Shown piece after piece: positions 21,485-31,373 of a stretch of DNA of 64,000 nucleotides. The position numbers and the translations under genes are program-made. Position 1 is the stretch's first letter; every line of letters begins with the position of its first letter. Source of the DNA: Candidatus Poribacteria bacterium (GTDB lineage: Bacteria; Poribacteria; WGA-4E; WGA-3G); assembly GCA_964291315.2 (NCBI GenBank), contig OZ219753.1, positions 1,376,001 through 1,440,000 of the forward strand, in the 5' to 3' direction. A model generated the notes under the pieces. That model had not been told where the DNA came from. It saw only the letters and a program-made list of their open reading frames with translations, and searched no databases.

Positions 21485-21898
21485 CTAGGATGTGTCTTCT
21501 GATTTTACTAGTGTAAGCGCCGCTGAGTTCATACAATAACGTTTGCCGGTTGGCTCAGGCCCGTCATCGAAGACGTGCCCGAGATGTGCGTCGCACCGAC
21601 TGCAGACGACCTCAGTACGCGGCATCAAAAATAAGCTAAAATCCAATTTTGTTTCAACAGATTCGGGGCTGATAGATTCCGAAAAGCTCGGCCACCCTGT
21701 CCCTGAATCGTATTTGGTTTCGGAACTGAAAAGCGGGCTTCCACAGCAGATACAGTGGTAAATTCCTTTTTCTTTACAATCGTGATATTTCCCCGTGAAG
21801 GCCCGTTCCGTGCCCTTCTTCCGGGTTACTTTGTATTCTTCCGGTGTCAGTTGTGATTTCCATTCTTTTTCTGGTTTGACAATCTTTTCTCTATCCAT
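21485..21898 (-). CDS. msrB: Peptide-methionine (R)-S-oxide reductase
   Basis: [36 protein letters not shown]. Confidence 0.97.
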   Translation of the reverse strand: MDREKIVKPEKEWKSQLTPEEYKVTRKKGTERAFTGKYHDCKEKGIYHCICCGSPLFSSETKYDSGTGWPSFSESISPESVETKLDFSLFLMPRTEVVCSRCDAHLGHVFDDGPEPTGKRYCMNSAALTLVKSEDTS

Positions 21899-22110
21899 TT
21901 TTCGTTCCTTGTAGTTCTGTTGTAAGAAATTTTTCTCCGCTGAAGTACATCAGAATCGGTATTGGCATAGGCAAACGTTGAATTAAACTCAAAACTGGAG
22001 GCTGCAACAGAGCACAACGTCCAGATTTAATGCACAAAAAACCTTGAAAAGTAATATGCCATATTTTCAAAAAAAAAACAAGCAGGTTTTCATAACGTAT
22101 CGGGCAACAA

Positions 22111-22138
22111 CTGAAAACCGACACCTGAAAACCGACAC
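22111..22138. repeat. Short tandem repeat, 2 x 14 bp (heptamer based)
   Basis: CTGAAAACCGACAC x2 immediately downstream of the GT2 stop. Confidence 0.7.
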
Positions 22139-22141
22139 CCG

Positions 22142-23356
22142 TCAACTACCATTTGCTCGCTTCGGCTTAACCGACCCTAAAACTCTGCATTTCGTTGCTG
22201 ATAAAATTTCATATCGCACCCCACCCCAGGTGATTTTGCGTTGGAATATAGAATATAAGGCGTTGATGCCTCCGAGAAATGCCGAAATTGAAGTGACATA
22301 AGAGGTTACACCGATTGTTTCCCGCATCTTAGGCATTTCGCGAAGCCACTGCGGTAGGTTTTTGGTGTAGAGCCTGTAACCAAACGCCTCTAAGAATGGA
22401 ATGAGAACGATCGGTAAGAGACCTTCACGATAAAATGAAAACGGAATCGCCCCAAATACACAGAGACCCTTCGGTAAAAACACAATGAGACTCGTAAGCC
22501 ACTGCGTCCAAAGTCCCATGTGAAGAGTCATAATCATCTGACGGTTCGTAAATTCGACGATTTGGCGCCACGTGCGATCGGTAGTACGTGTGACCACTAC
22601 ACAGTCTGGAACAAAATGGACCTTCTGTTTAACATCTTTCATTGCCAGGGTCGTATTGTGGTCTTCAATGGCTGCCTCTTCCCAACGTTGAAGAATGTGT
22701 GCCTTCTCAAGCATCTCACGGCGGAACGCGTTAGAGCCACCCCAGACTAATGATAACGGGTGGTCACCCTGGAAACTCATTTGAAAGTTTACCCAGACGG
22801 CTTCCACAAGCGAGGCAATGTTCCATGTTTGTGGAAAATAGAATCGACCCCCCACGGTCGTTCCTATGTCCTGTTCTTGGAGCGGATTCACAAGCAGTGT
22901 TAACCAATTTTCCTGAGTAACGACATCGGCATCTACAAACGCTATGACTTCGATATCGTCTGGAAGTTGCTCTATTACCGTCAGAAGATTCTGCACCTTC
23001 TGTGAACGAGGGAACTTATTGTCGACGATGTTCGGTGCTAATAAGACATGGACATTTGGGTGCGGTTCTGCAATTTCACACAGATGGGGATAGGAGACAT
23101 CATACCCAGCGTCCGCTTTTTCGTGTGTGACGAAGAAGATTTCGTACGCACCAGTGTAATCTTGATGCAAGAGCCTTTGCGTGTGCTCTGCTGTATGAGC
23201 ATCCCATCCATAGTGAGGCGCGATGACCCCTACCTTCGGTGTATAGGCTGGCCGCTTCGCGTTACGTTCGCGCCGTGTGTACAAAAAAGATCGACTAATG
23301 ATGAGAATTTCAATAATAAAGAAGAAGTAAGCAGTTACAATAATGTAGGTTTGCAT
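22142..23356 (-). CDS. Membrane GT2/GT21-like glycosyltransferase (HpnI / ceramide glucosyltransferase-like)
   Basis: N-terminal TM, SQKVQNL, FVDAD (DxD), WGGSNA, IEDH, C-terminal TMs and ITWGGVRY. Confidence 0.78.
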   Translation of the reverse strand: MQTYIIVTAYFFFIIEILIISRSFLYTRRERNAKRPAYTPKVGVIAPHYGWDAHTAEHTQRLLHQDYTGAYEIFFVTHEKADAGYDVSYPHLCEIAEPHPNVHVLLAPNIVDNKFPRSQKVQNLLTVIEQLPDDIEVIAFVDADVVTQENWLTLLVNPLQEQDIGTTVGGRFYFPQTWNIASLVEAVWVNFQMSFQGDHPLSLVWGGSNAFRREMLEKAHILQRWEEAAIEDHNTTLAMKDVKQKVHFVPDCVVVTRTTDRTWRQIVEFTNRQMIMTLHMGLWTQWLTSLIVFLPKGLCVFGAIPFSFYREGLLPIVLIPFLEAFGYRLYTKNLPQWLREMPKMRETIGVTSYVTSISAFLGGINALYSIFQRKITWGGVRYEILSATKCRVLGSVKPKRANGS

Positions 23357-23511
23357 AACATTTTTAATGGCCGTCAGGTTGCTTCGCCCTCAGGCATCAA
23401 CCGTCAACAGGGCATTATAGAGAATTAAGAATGTCCAGGCCTCCACAAATGAATTCTTGAAAGGCACCTGCTGATAGGGACATAACACACGCACTGATAG
23501 CTGATAGCCAC

Positions 23512-25383
23512 CTACCTACGAAGCAGAGCGAGTGTCGTTTTCAGTTTCGGAACCAATTCTGCATTAAGCAGGAAAATTGAATCGGGTTCATGTAGCAGCC
23601 GTCCATAAAAACGTCCAGAGGCATCTGTTTTACCAATATACAGAGTGTATACTTTCTGATTCCGCAATTCGAGGGTCAGGTGAACATGCGGGTTACTGAA
23701 CCCTGTAGTGCTGTCCGTCGGGATACGGTCGCCCACTATAAATGCGTCTGCCATTAGGTTATCAAGTTCATAGAGGATACCGTTTACCTCTCTGTTGTTT
23801 GCTGCCTCTTTCACCGGGGCAGTGAGCCGCCAGTTCGTTCCGAGACGTTGACATGTGAAGGACATCATATCTTGTCCACGCAAAGTGAGTCGAACGGCAT
23901 CGTCGATATGGAAATTAAGCACCTGTTTATCTCGTAACCACGCTACCCCGAGTGCAATCTTGTCGATAAGTGCACGTTCAACGCGCGCGACTTCGGACGA
24001 ATCTTCAGATTTGACATAGACAGTCTCGTTTTCCGCGAAGTCTCCGATAAGTAAAACAGCAGGCTTTTTTTCGTCCGGTTGCGTAAACGCCACCTTAATT
24101 GAGGGGGCTGCTAACCCGTACATGTTGAGGTCTTTAGCAGGCGATGCAACAAACGCGACGGCTTCAAGTGAATCTACGCCAAAAAGTAGATCGCTAACTG
24201 CCTTCGTATCTGCCTTTATTTTCTCGGTCGGTGTTTGCAGTTCCCATATATTATCATACCCCTTTGTGCAGACAGTGTTTGGTTGTCCTTTTATTGAAAT
24301 AGTAAAGCGGTTTGTGGCAGTACGCTGAAAGTCGATAACCCGCTTATCGCGTAGATCCAAAATAGATGTGTTGAGAAGACGATAGATATCGTCAGAGACA
24401 GTGTAGACGGAATAGTGTGCTTCAGTGTCTTGGCTGTCGGATCTCATGCTAGCAACCTCTTTTCCCTTGCTGACTGCTGACTTGACGTAGACGTGTCTCT
24501 CTTTTCCGTTTTCTGTTGGAACTGCTGAACCGATGGCTAGCGCGTAAGAAGTCTCTTTATCTGTGAGCGTCACGTGAATACGGGGTGCGGCTAATCCATA
24601 CTTTTCTAATTCCGTCGGAGTGGTCAAATTTGTACCATCTGCTTCAAATGTTGATACCTGCAATAAGAGCAGTTCTGAAAAAAGCCCCTCGATTTCTTGA
24701 GCATCCGCCTTCGTTTCGATCGGATGTGTAAGATACCAGGTATCGTTCCGCTTTTCACAATTCAGCGTTTTTGATGCTACGATTGAGCTTTCAGCCTCAG
24801 GCATAAATTGGATATTAGACACCGTCTCCGGGTTAAACGCAAAAACTGATCTGCTGCGGAGATCAGTCGGTGCCTTCGTTAGATCATCAAGCGCACTGGA
24901 TTCGATGAGGAAAATGTGGGCTTCTGATCGCTCTTTGATATAAACGGAATAATTAATTGCTTTTTTTCCGATAAAGAAAGTTGCCACCGGTGAATTGCCA
25001 TCGGTCCAGAGTGAGAGTGTTATAGTGGGTGCATCCAGACCGTACTGGGTTAATTCTGGCACATCAAGGGTGAGTTTAACACGTTTGGTGAGAATATCGT
25101 CTAACATCTGATTCACTTTTTCATTATCTGCGCGTGCCAAAAACGGAACCTTTAACTGCCAATTTCCTATTGCGTCTTTTATCAATTTTAGGTTTTGATA
25201 TGCTGCATCTGCGAACAGAAGTTCCACCCGTTGGACACTGTTGTGCTCTATGTTGTAGACTTCGTGAATAGGAGGTCTTTCATTTGCCAGGCCTTTATGA
25301 GTCGGTTCTTGAAGAAATAGGAAATACGTCACAGCAATACCTATGAGGAGAATAATAATGACAAGGGTTGTCCGAAAATTCAT
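23512..25383 (-). CDS. DUF4340 domain protein (repeated domains)
   Basis: N-terminal anchor; repeated YGL.AP.I and W.L..P motifs; follows GldG-like gene. Confidence 0.75.
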   Translation of the reverse strand: MNFRTTLVIIILLIGIAVTYFLFLQEPTHKGLANERPPIHEVYNIEHNSVQRVELLFADAAYQNLKLIKDAIGNWQLKVPFLARADNEKVNQMLDDILTKRVKLTLDVPELTQYGLDAPTITLSLWTDGNSPVATFFIGKKAINYSVYIKERSEAHIFLIESSALDDLTKAPTDLRSRSVFAFNPETVSNIQFMPEAESSIVASKTLNCEKRNDTWYLTHPIETKADAQEIEGLFSELLLLQVSTFEADGTNLTTPTELEKYGLAAPRIHVTLTDKETSYALAIGSAVPTENGKERHVYVKSAVSKGKEVASMRSDSQDTEAHYSVYTVSDDIYRLLNTSILDLRDKRVIDFQRTATNRFTISIKGQPNTVCTKGYDNIWELQTPTEKIKADTKAVSDLLFGVDSLEAVAFVASPAKDLNMYGLAAPSIKVAFTQPDEKKPAVLLIGDFAENETVYVKSEDSSEVARVERALIDKIALGVAWLRDKQVLNFHIDDAVRLTLRGQDMMSFTCQRLGTNWRLTAPVKEAANNREVNGILYELDNLMADAFIVGDRIPTDSTTGFSNPHVHLTLELRNQKVYTLYIGKTDASGRFYGRLLHEPDSIFLLNAELVPKLKTTLALLRR

Positions 25384-26975
25384 CCAATCTCTCCTTTACG
25401 GCGTTGCCGCCAGACAATTAACCCAGCAATAAAGACGATAGAGGGTATCAGAAAAACGGATGTTATCTGTACCAAGCGGATATCTTGAATGCGCATCTGA
25501 CGGAGTGCCTGTTTTTGCAAGTCAATCGGGCGGATGGCAATAAGATCCTCCTCTAACGAGAGCCAATTGATTGCACCTAAAAAGAGGTCTCGATTTGCCT
25601 CGCGTAGATAGGCGTTCGCTGCGAGACCTGAATCCCCAAAAACAACAATCCGGGTAGCAGAACCTGTCCCTTCAGCTGCTTTGTCATTGTCGACCTTCTC
25701 CTCAACAGCAACAGCGACGGATACAGGGGGTGGGGTGTCTACACCAGCGGTATAGCTGAATTCATTGCTGAAAGCGCCATCACTGCCACGCCCGGTTTCT
25801 CCCCAGCTGTCTTGCACACCGCCAATGGTCTTCGCAAGTGATTTAACGCTGAGGTTTGCTGGCATATCTGCAGCTGGCGTGACAGAGCGCGTTGCGTGAA
25901 ATGCTACTAAATCCCGCATGGCGCGTGTAATCTCATGCAATTCAATTCCCGGCACTGGTACACTAGGGCCAAACAGTGGAACAAACTGCGCTTCATCAAT
26001 TACAAGATCGTTGCCTATCGTGACACCCCATCTCTTCATGAGTCGAACGAGCCCGCTGTTGACATCTTTTGCAGAGGTAAGTGAGGGGTCTATCATCAAA
26101 AACAATTTTCCCTTGCGTGCCAAGTATTTCGTTACGATATCAATTTCATGACGCGTCAAAGCGGTCTTTGGCCCCGCAATAACTAGGACTTCACAATCCG
26201 ATGGAATGTCCGGTTCTGTCAACAACGAGAGTGAAAATGCGGTATAGTTCTGATTTTCTAGTTCTGACCGTATACCGCTGTATCCGTCGTCACTGAAATC
26301 CTCTATGCTGTGTTCTTCATGACCGATAAGGAAGTATATTTTTTTTGTTTCGTCTTTGATGAGTTTAAGGATCGCACTCGTGAATTTCTGCTCCTCGATT
26401 ATTGTTACCTTTTCATGTCGTGTATCACTTTCAAAAACGACCGTTCCATCTACGCGAATATTATATTTATCCGCAAGAATTTGGTCAACATACGGGTTTG
26501 CGTAAGAGACTGTCAGAAATTCAGTTTCACGCTGATATAATTCTAACATATCCCTGGCACGTCGCTGGTTTTGTGCCGGAATATTTCGCCCTAAAAATGC
26601 GATAACACGGATATCTTGATCGACAGATTTCAGGATTTTTCGACTCTGTTCCGATAGGGTGTACAATTGATTAAACGTGATGTCTACTCTTTTATCAAAA
26701 TGCTGCACAACAATGGTGTTCACGAAGACTGCGATGCCAACAACGCCGATGATACTCAGGGCAACGTTCGCCCCGTACCGCGCTTGGCGGCTGACGAAAA
26801 ATGCTATCACCTCTGAAGATCTTAAGGAAACAAAAATGACAAACGAAACGAGGGCAAGCAGCAGACATATCCAAAAGACGATCTGCACTTGGAATATCCA
26901 ATTGGCGATAGCAACAAAAATAAAAATTAAAGTCAGAAGTCCAAAGAGGAGCCCGGTAATGCTTTTATTACCCAT
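25380..26975 (-). CDS. GldG-family ABC-type auxiliary component
   Basis: DITFNQLYTLSEQS, IYFLIGHEE, LVIAGPK, RIVVFGDS, NRDLFLGAINWL. Confidence 0.85.
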   Translation of the reverse strand: MGNKSITGLLFGLLTLIFIFVAIANWIFQVQIVFWICLLLALVSFVIFVSLRSSEVIAFFVSRQARYGANVALSIIGVVGIAVFVNTIVVQHFDKRVDITFNQLYTLSEQSRKILKSVDQDIRVIAFLGRNIPAQNQRRARDMLELYQRETEFLTVSYANPYVDQILADKYNIRVDGTVVFESDTRHEKVTIIEEQKFTSAILKLIKDETKKIYFLIGHEEHSIEDFSDDGYSGIRSELENQNYTAFSLSLLTEPDIPSDCEVLVIAGPKTALTRHEIDIVTKYLARKGKLFLMIDPSLTSAKDVNSGLVRLMKRWGVTIGNDLVIDEAQFVPLFGPSVPVPGIELHEITRAMRDLVAFHATRSVTPAADMPANLSVKSLAKTIGGVQDSWGETGRGSDGAFSNEFSYTAGVDTPPPVSVAVAVEEKVDNDKAAEGTGSATRIVVFGDSGLAANAYLREANRDLFLGAINWLSLEEDLIAIRPIDLQKQALRQMRIQDIRLVQITSVFLIPSIVFIAGLIVWRQRRKGEIG

Positions 26976-26978
26976 ACC

Positions 26979-27704
26979 TTACCTCCATTTAGATGACTCG
27001 ATGGACTTGAATGTCGCAAACAGACAAATGCACGTGAAGCTGATGTAGTAGACAACATCTTTCACTAGGATAACGCCCCGTCCAAAGTCAGAATAGTGTT
27101 CAGGTAAGGACAGATACCCAAAGAATTTCCCGATTGGACCACCGCGCGCTGAGAGCGAACCGATGACCCAAAGCGTTATCAGAGTACCGAAGCTAGTCAA
27201 CGCTGCAACAAGCTGGTTTTTACACATTGATGACATTAACAAGCCCAACGCAAGAAAAAAGGAACTAATCAGGAGGAGGCCGAAATAACCGCTTAGCAAC
27301 GGGCCGACATCTAGATAACCGAAGCGTCGTGTGAGTAAGGGGAACAGAAATGTCAAGGCAAGCATAATGAGGACCAGTGTACAACTCGCCAGAAACTTGC
27401 CTAAGACAACCTGTCCGTCTGTAATTGGGGCGGTAAGAAGCAATTCAAGCGTCCCCGATTTCCGTTCTTCAGCGAAGAGTTTCATTGTCAAAACGGGCGT
27501 AAAGAAGAGTAGAATGATAGCCATATTGCCGAAGAGCGTTTGCATCACATCCGCGCCGGTGCCCCCAATGTTACTTGTACTAGTTAGCAGAATAGAAAAA
27601 AGGAAGCCTGAAATCGCTGTGAAGACAAAACAGACGAAATAGGCGATCGGCGAGACGAAATACGTATATAGTTCTTTTGTGCAAACGGCGAGGATATTTC
27701 TCAT
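26979..27704 (-). CDS. ABC transporter permease (GldF-like)
   Basis: KELYTYFVSPIAY, TMKLFAEERKSGTLELLLTAP, VLGKF. Confidence 0.88.
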   Translation of the reverse strand: MRNILAVCTKELYTYFVSPIAYFVCFVFTAISGFLFSILLTSTSNIGGTGADVMQTLFGNMAIILLFFTPVLTMKLFAEERKSGTLELLLTAPITDGQVVLGKFLASCTLVLIMLALTFLFPLLTRRFGYLDVGPLLSGYFGLLLISSFFLALGLLMSSMCKNQLVAALTSFGTLITLWVIGSLSARGGPIGKFFGYLSLPEHYSDFGRGVILVKDVVYYISFTCICLFATFKSIESSKWR

Positions 27705-27782
27705 TGTGGCTATTGGCGGTTGGCATTAATTGGTAAGAAAATTACCAATTCCTAGAAGAACGCGTAGCGAACGTCCTAACCG

Positions 27783-28520
27783 CTATCTGCTAAATTGTTT
27801 CCGTACTTTTCCGACAAAGAAAGGACCAAGTGAGTCAATATATCGAGTCGTCTGTTCCGTTTGGCGCATATCTTGTATCAGCCGTGACAATGGATATAGC
27901 TCAGGCCCAACTACCCCGATCACAAATTCGTTGTCGTTGGTGTCTAACCCAAAACAAGCAAGCCGGATATCGCTAGCATATCCCCCGGCAGCATAGCTGC
28001 GTCCAAGCATGGCATGTTCACCCAAAATTCTACCTTTTTCGCGACGTTCAAGCCGATAGAATTCAGGTTTTCGGCGTAGCGGATACCAAATCGCCCAGGG
28101 GAAGTCAGGGTTCAGAACGTTTTGAAGAGGGATGTTGATAAGCCACCTTTCTAAATTCGGCTCTCTGCCGCTCGAATAGGTGCGACCTACCATTGTCATT
28201 TCTGAACGGTATAACAGATTGGGCATTTCTTGTGTTTTTAAGAGCAGCGATCTCGATTCCGCCATCAACGCCGCTGGATCCTCTGCGGCAAAAAGGACCC
28301 CTATACCTGTCGGATGATTCAAATCATCGTATAACACTGCATTTAAACAGCTCTTTTCGAGGGTTTCAATAATCAATTGTGTTGCCGAACAGTTTTCAAA
28401 GATATGGAGTTGAAAAAACAGTCTCCGCTCGCTAACTTGCGGTTTTCCATCGATCGGCGCACCGATTTCGCGCATATCTATCGGCTCAGGTTGTGCAGGG
28501 CTCTTGCGTTCCGTGTTCAT
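27783..28520 (-). CDS. Chlorite dismutase family / coproheme decarboxylase (HemQ/ChdC-like)
   Basis: WYPLRRK, ILGEHAMLG, GLDTNDNEF, MRQTEQT...GPFFVG. Confidence 0.8.
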   Translation of the reverse strand: MNTERKSPAQPEPIDMREIGAPIDGKPQVSERRLFFQLHIFENCSATQLIIETLEKSCLNAVLYDDLNHPTGIGVLFAAEDPAALMAESRSLLLKTQEMPNLLYRSEMTMVGRTYSSGREPNLERWLINIPLQNVLNPDFPWAIWYPLRRKPEFYRLERREKGRILGEHAMLGRSYAAGGYASDIRLACFGLDTNDNEFVIGVVGPELYPLSRLIQDMRQTEQTTRYIDSLGPFFVGKVRKQFSR

Positions 28521-28560
28521 AATTTTTAGGAAATTGCGACTATCCTACCGTTTATGTTGT

Positions 28561-30126
28561 TTAACGTTTTGTGGTATACGATTCGCGAATCCACTCTTCA
28601 AGAAGTTGATCGTGGTTCTCCACAACCTCCTTTGGAAGCGTGAACGTGAATTGTCCAGTGTTCTGTTTGATCAGGTTCAGACCGTGCTGGTAGCTTTCGA
28701 GAAGCTCATCACATATCTGCTCTATTGATTTTTCTTCAGCGGTTGCCAGTTCACAGATATGGGCTGTCGCTTCGGCATCGAATCGGATTTGCAATTGATG
28801 TTCCGCATAAAATTGTGCTTCACACCGACGAATCTTCTCATGCATCACTATTTTCCGATTGTAGTCGGTGTCCTCAATGATATGCCTTAGTTCCGCATCA
28901 GGGGCATCGACGACCGCGGCAGTCACAACGAATTCTGTAATGCCTGTGGAAGGAAGCTCAAACTTATAGTTGCGCAAAACTTTTTCGCAGACTGTCATTA
29001 AGGCACGCGCCCCTGTTTTTTGTTCAAAGGCTTTCTCAGCAATTCGACGTAGACCGTTGTCTGCAAACAGAACTGTAACGCCGTACGCCTGAAAAGCTTT
29101 TTCGTATTGCCGAATAATGGACCCCTCAGAGTGTTTCAGAATGTGGAAAAGATCGCCCACTTCCAGTTCCGTGCAGATCACATGCACCGGGAGCCGCCCG
29201 ATGAACTCAGGTTCGAAACCGAAGTCGATGAAATCCCGTGATGTGACATGCTGAAAACAGTGTGATGCATCATCGGCTTGACTGGCGACTTCAGCATTGA
29301 AACCGATCCTGCTCTGATGCAGTCTCTTCTGGATAATGTTCTCCATACCCGTGAATGCCCCGCTGATGATAAAGAGAATGTGGCGGGTGTTGATGACCTC
29401 TTTTTCAACCTTACCGCGTTTCTGGAATTCCAGCGCAGCACGCATTTGCGCAGCAGGGTCGTTCCCCGCATGCAGATCCACTTCAGTCTCTTCCATCAAT
29501 TTGAGAAGCCCTATCTGCACACCACGGCCACTGACATCGCGTCCCAGAATATTTGGTGGTGTCGCGATTTTATCCGCCTCATCGAGATAGATGATCCCGT
29601 ATTGTGCCAGTTCCAGGTTGTCTTCGGCTTGTGACACTAGTTCCCGGATTAAGTCGTCTACATTCGCACCGATGTAACCCGTTTCGCTGAAGCGAGTGGC
29701 ATCAGCTTTGACAAATGGCACGCCGATGAGTTTCGCAATGTGCCGAACGAGGTAGGTCTTACCAACCCCCGTCGGGCCAAGCATGACGATGTTCTGTTTC
29801 GAATAGTCGGCATCAGCAGCACTCGGATCTTCGTGGCACTCGCGGACATGGTTATAGTGATCACAAACCGCGATGGCAAGCGCCTTCTTTGCTTCGTCCT
29901 GTTTTATGACATACCGATCGAGGTATTTCTTGATTTCTTTCGGTTTGAGATCGAATTTCAAATCAAAAGTCTTTTTCGATTCAGATTCTTTGGTCTTTGT
30001 CTCTAGCGTTGGTTCACCCGCTGTCGCTTTGATCAAGCGCACACTACCGCCGTATTTTCGTTCAACGAACGCTTGAAACTCTTCTTCTATCTCTTCCGGA
30101 GTGGGGAACTTTTTATTTGTATTCAT
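28561..30126 (-). CDS. ClpX-like AAA+ ATPase lacking the N-terminal zinc-binding domain
   Basis: GPTGVGKT, GYIG pore loop, IIYLDE, GRDVSGRGVQ, IGF loop, PEFIGRLP, TGARAL. Confidence 0.85.
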   Translation of the reverse strand: MNTNKKFPTPEEIEEEFQAFVERKYGGSVRLIKATAGEPTLETKTKESESKKTFDLKFDLKPKEIKKYLDRYVIKQDEAKKALAIAVCDHYNHVRECHEDPSAADADYSKQNIVMLGPTGVGKTYLVRHIAKLIGVPFVKADATRFSETGYIGANVDDLIRELVSQAEDNLELAQYGIIYLDEADKIATPPNILGRDVSGRGVQIGLLKLMEETEVDLHAGNDPAAQMRAALEFQKRGKVEKEVINTRHILFIISGAFTGMENIIQKRLHQSRIGFNAEVASQADDASHCFQHVTSRDFIDFGFEPEFIGRLPVHVICTELEVGDLFHILKHSEGSIIRQYEKAFQAYGVTVLFADNGLRRIAEKAFEQKTGARALMTVCEKVLRNYKFELPSTGITEFVVTAAVVDAPDAELRHIIEDTDYNRKIVMHEKIRRCEAQFYAEHQLQIRFDAEATAHICELATAEEKSIEQICDELLESYQHGLNLIKQNTGQFTFTLPKEVVENHDQLLEEWIRESYTTKR

Positions 30127-30145
30127 AAGCTCTACCTAACGGTTG

Positions 30146-31180
30146 TTAGAGTACCGGGCCTGCCAATTCACGACGGATAATCTCAGCACCAGCTACCATC
30201 GCTTTGAGTTTGGCTGCTGCTGCCCACCGTGCTATTTGGCTAAAACCGCAATCTGGTGTAACCACCAGTTTTTCAGGAGGCACATGTTCGAGTGCTTCAC
30301 GCAGCAGTCCTGCGACATCCTCTGGTGTTTCTAGGTAATAGTTCTTAACGTCGATTAATCCTACAGCGAGTTCTTTGTTGTTCGGAAACTCGCTCCATAA
30401 CCCTATTTCTGCCATCTCTCGGTTAGCGAACTCGAGGGCGAGTTGATCGAAACCGGCTTCAAGAATAGCAGGAAAAAGTGGTCTATACTGACGCTTACCA
30501 ACCGCCCTGCCGCGGTAGTTACCGAAACAGATATGCAGTCCAATCTTAGCCGAAACCCCTTCAACAGTACGGTTAAACAGCTTCACAAATTCCTGCGGGC
30601 GATCAGGATAAACGGCATAAGAGGGTTCATCGAGTTGGATAAATTCTGCCCCGGCTGTGACGAGCTGCCGAAGTTCTGTATTGATGATTTCCGCACAAGC
30701 GTACGCGATGTCGAGGCGCTGCTCATATACGCCCCCTGTCTGAATCCGCCCGGAAAGCGTGAACGGGCCGGGGCAGGTTACCTTGATCGGTTTCGAGGTT
30801 TCGCCCTTCGCGAATTCAAATTCTGCAAGAATACCGAGTCCGCTGGGCGCGGTAAGCCGATTAGACGGCATCCATTTCCCTCGTTGATCGTGTCCATCAG
30901 GCCCCTGTGTTCTCGGAGCCGGCAGCTGGGTTAATCCGCCGAAGCGTTCATAGAAACCGAGCACGAAATCCTGGCGGCGCATCTCACCTTCCGTGATGAT
31001 GTCAACCCCCGCGCGTTCTTGATCAGCGATGGCGACGCGAACTGCATCGTCAAAGGTTTCGTTAATATCGGTTTCGCCCAGCTCTCCGCGCCCGATGGCT
31101 TCTAACGTCACACACAACCAACTCGGCGGGGCATAACTTCCAATAGTGCTAGTAGGTATTAAAATGTCCGATTCCTTCAT
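30146..31180 (-). CDS. Cobalamin-independent methionine synthase family, single catalytic barrel
   Basis: TEGEMRR, IQLDEP, HICFGN, LEF, PDCG zinc ligands; 344 aa. Confidence 0.85.
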   Translation of the reverse strand: MKESDILIPTSTIGSYAPPSWLCVTLEAIGRGELGETDINETFDDAVRVAIADQERAGVDIITEGEMRRQDFVLGFYERFGGLTQLPAPRTQGPDGHDQRGKWMPSNRLTAPSGLGILAEFEFAKGETSKPIKVTCPGPFTLSGRIQTGGVYEQRLDIAYACAEIINTELRQLVTAGAEFIQLDEPSYAVYPDRPQEFVKLFNRTVEGVSAKIGLHICFGNYRGRAVGKRQYRPLFPAILEAGFDQLALEFANREMAEIGLWSEFPNNKELAVGLIDVKNYYLETPEDVAGLLREALEHVPPEKLVVTPDCGFSQIARWAAAAKLKAMVAGAEIIRRELAGPVL

Positions 31181-31373
31181 AAGTCCTTCTATATTTCTAC
31201 TAGGCGCACAATTTCAGTCCGCTCTGTTTTCTGCTAATGCACCAACTAGCATGTGGGGCGACGACGGCAATAGAACCCGATGGCACTGATGAGCAGCAAC
31301 TGATAGACCGTGTTACGCTAAGCATATATTTGCGAAATGATTCAAGTGCTGTAAGCACAATTTTTTATAGTCG

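Noticed and set aside
31181-31373. SAM or cobalamin riboswitch upstream of the methionine synthase
   Set aside because: No recognisable conserved core sequences
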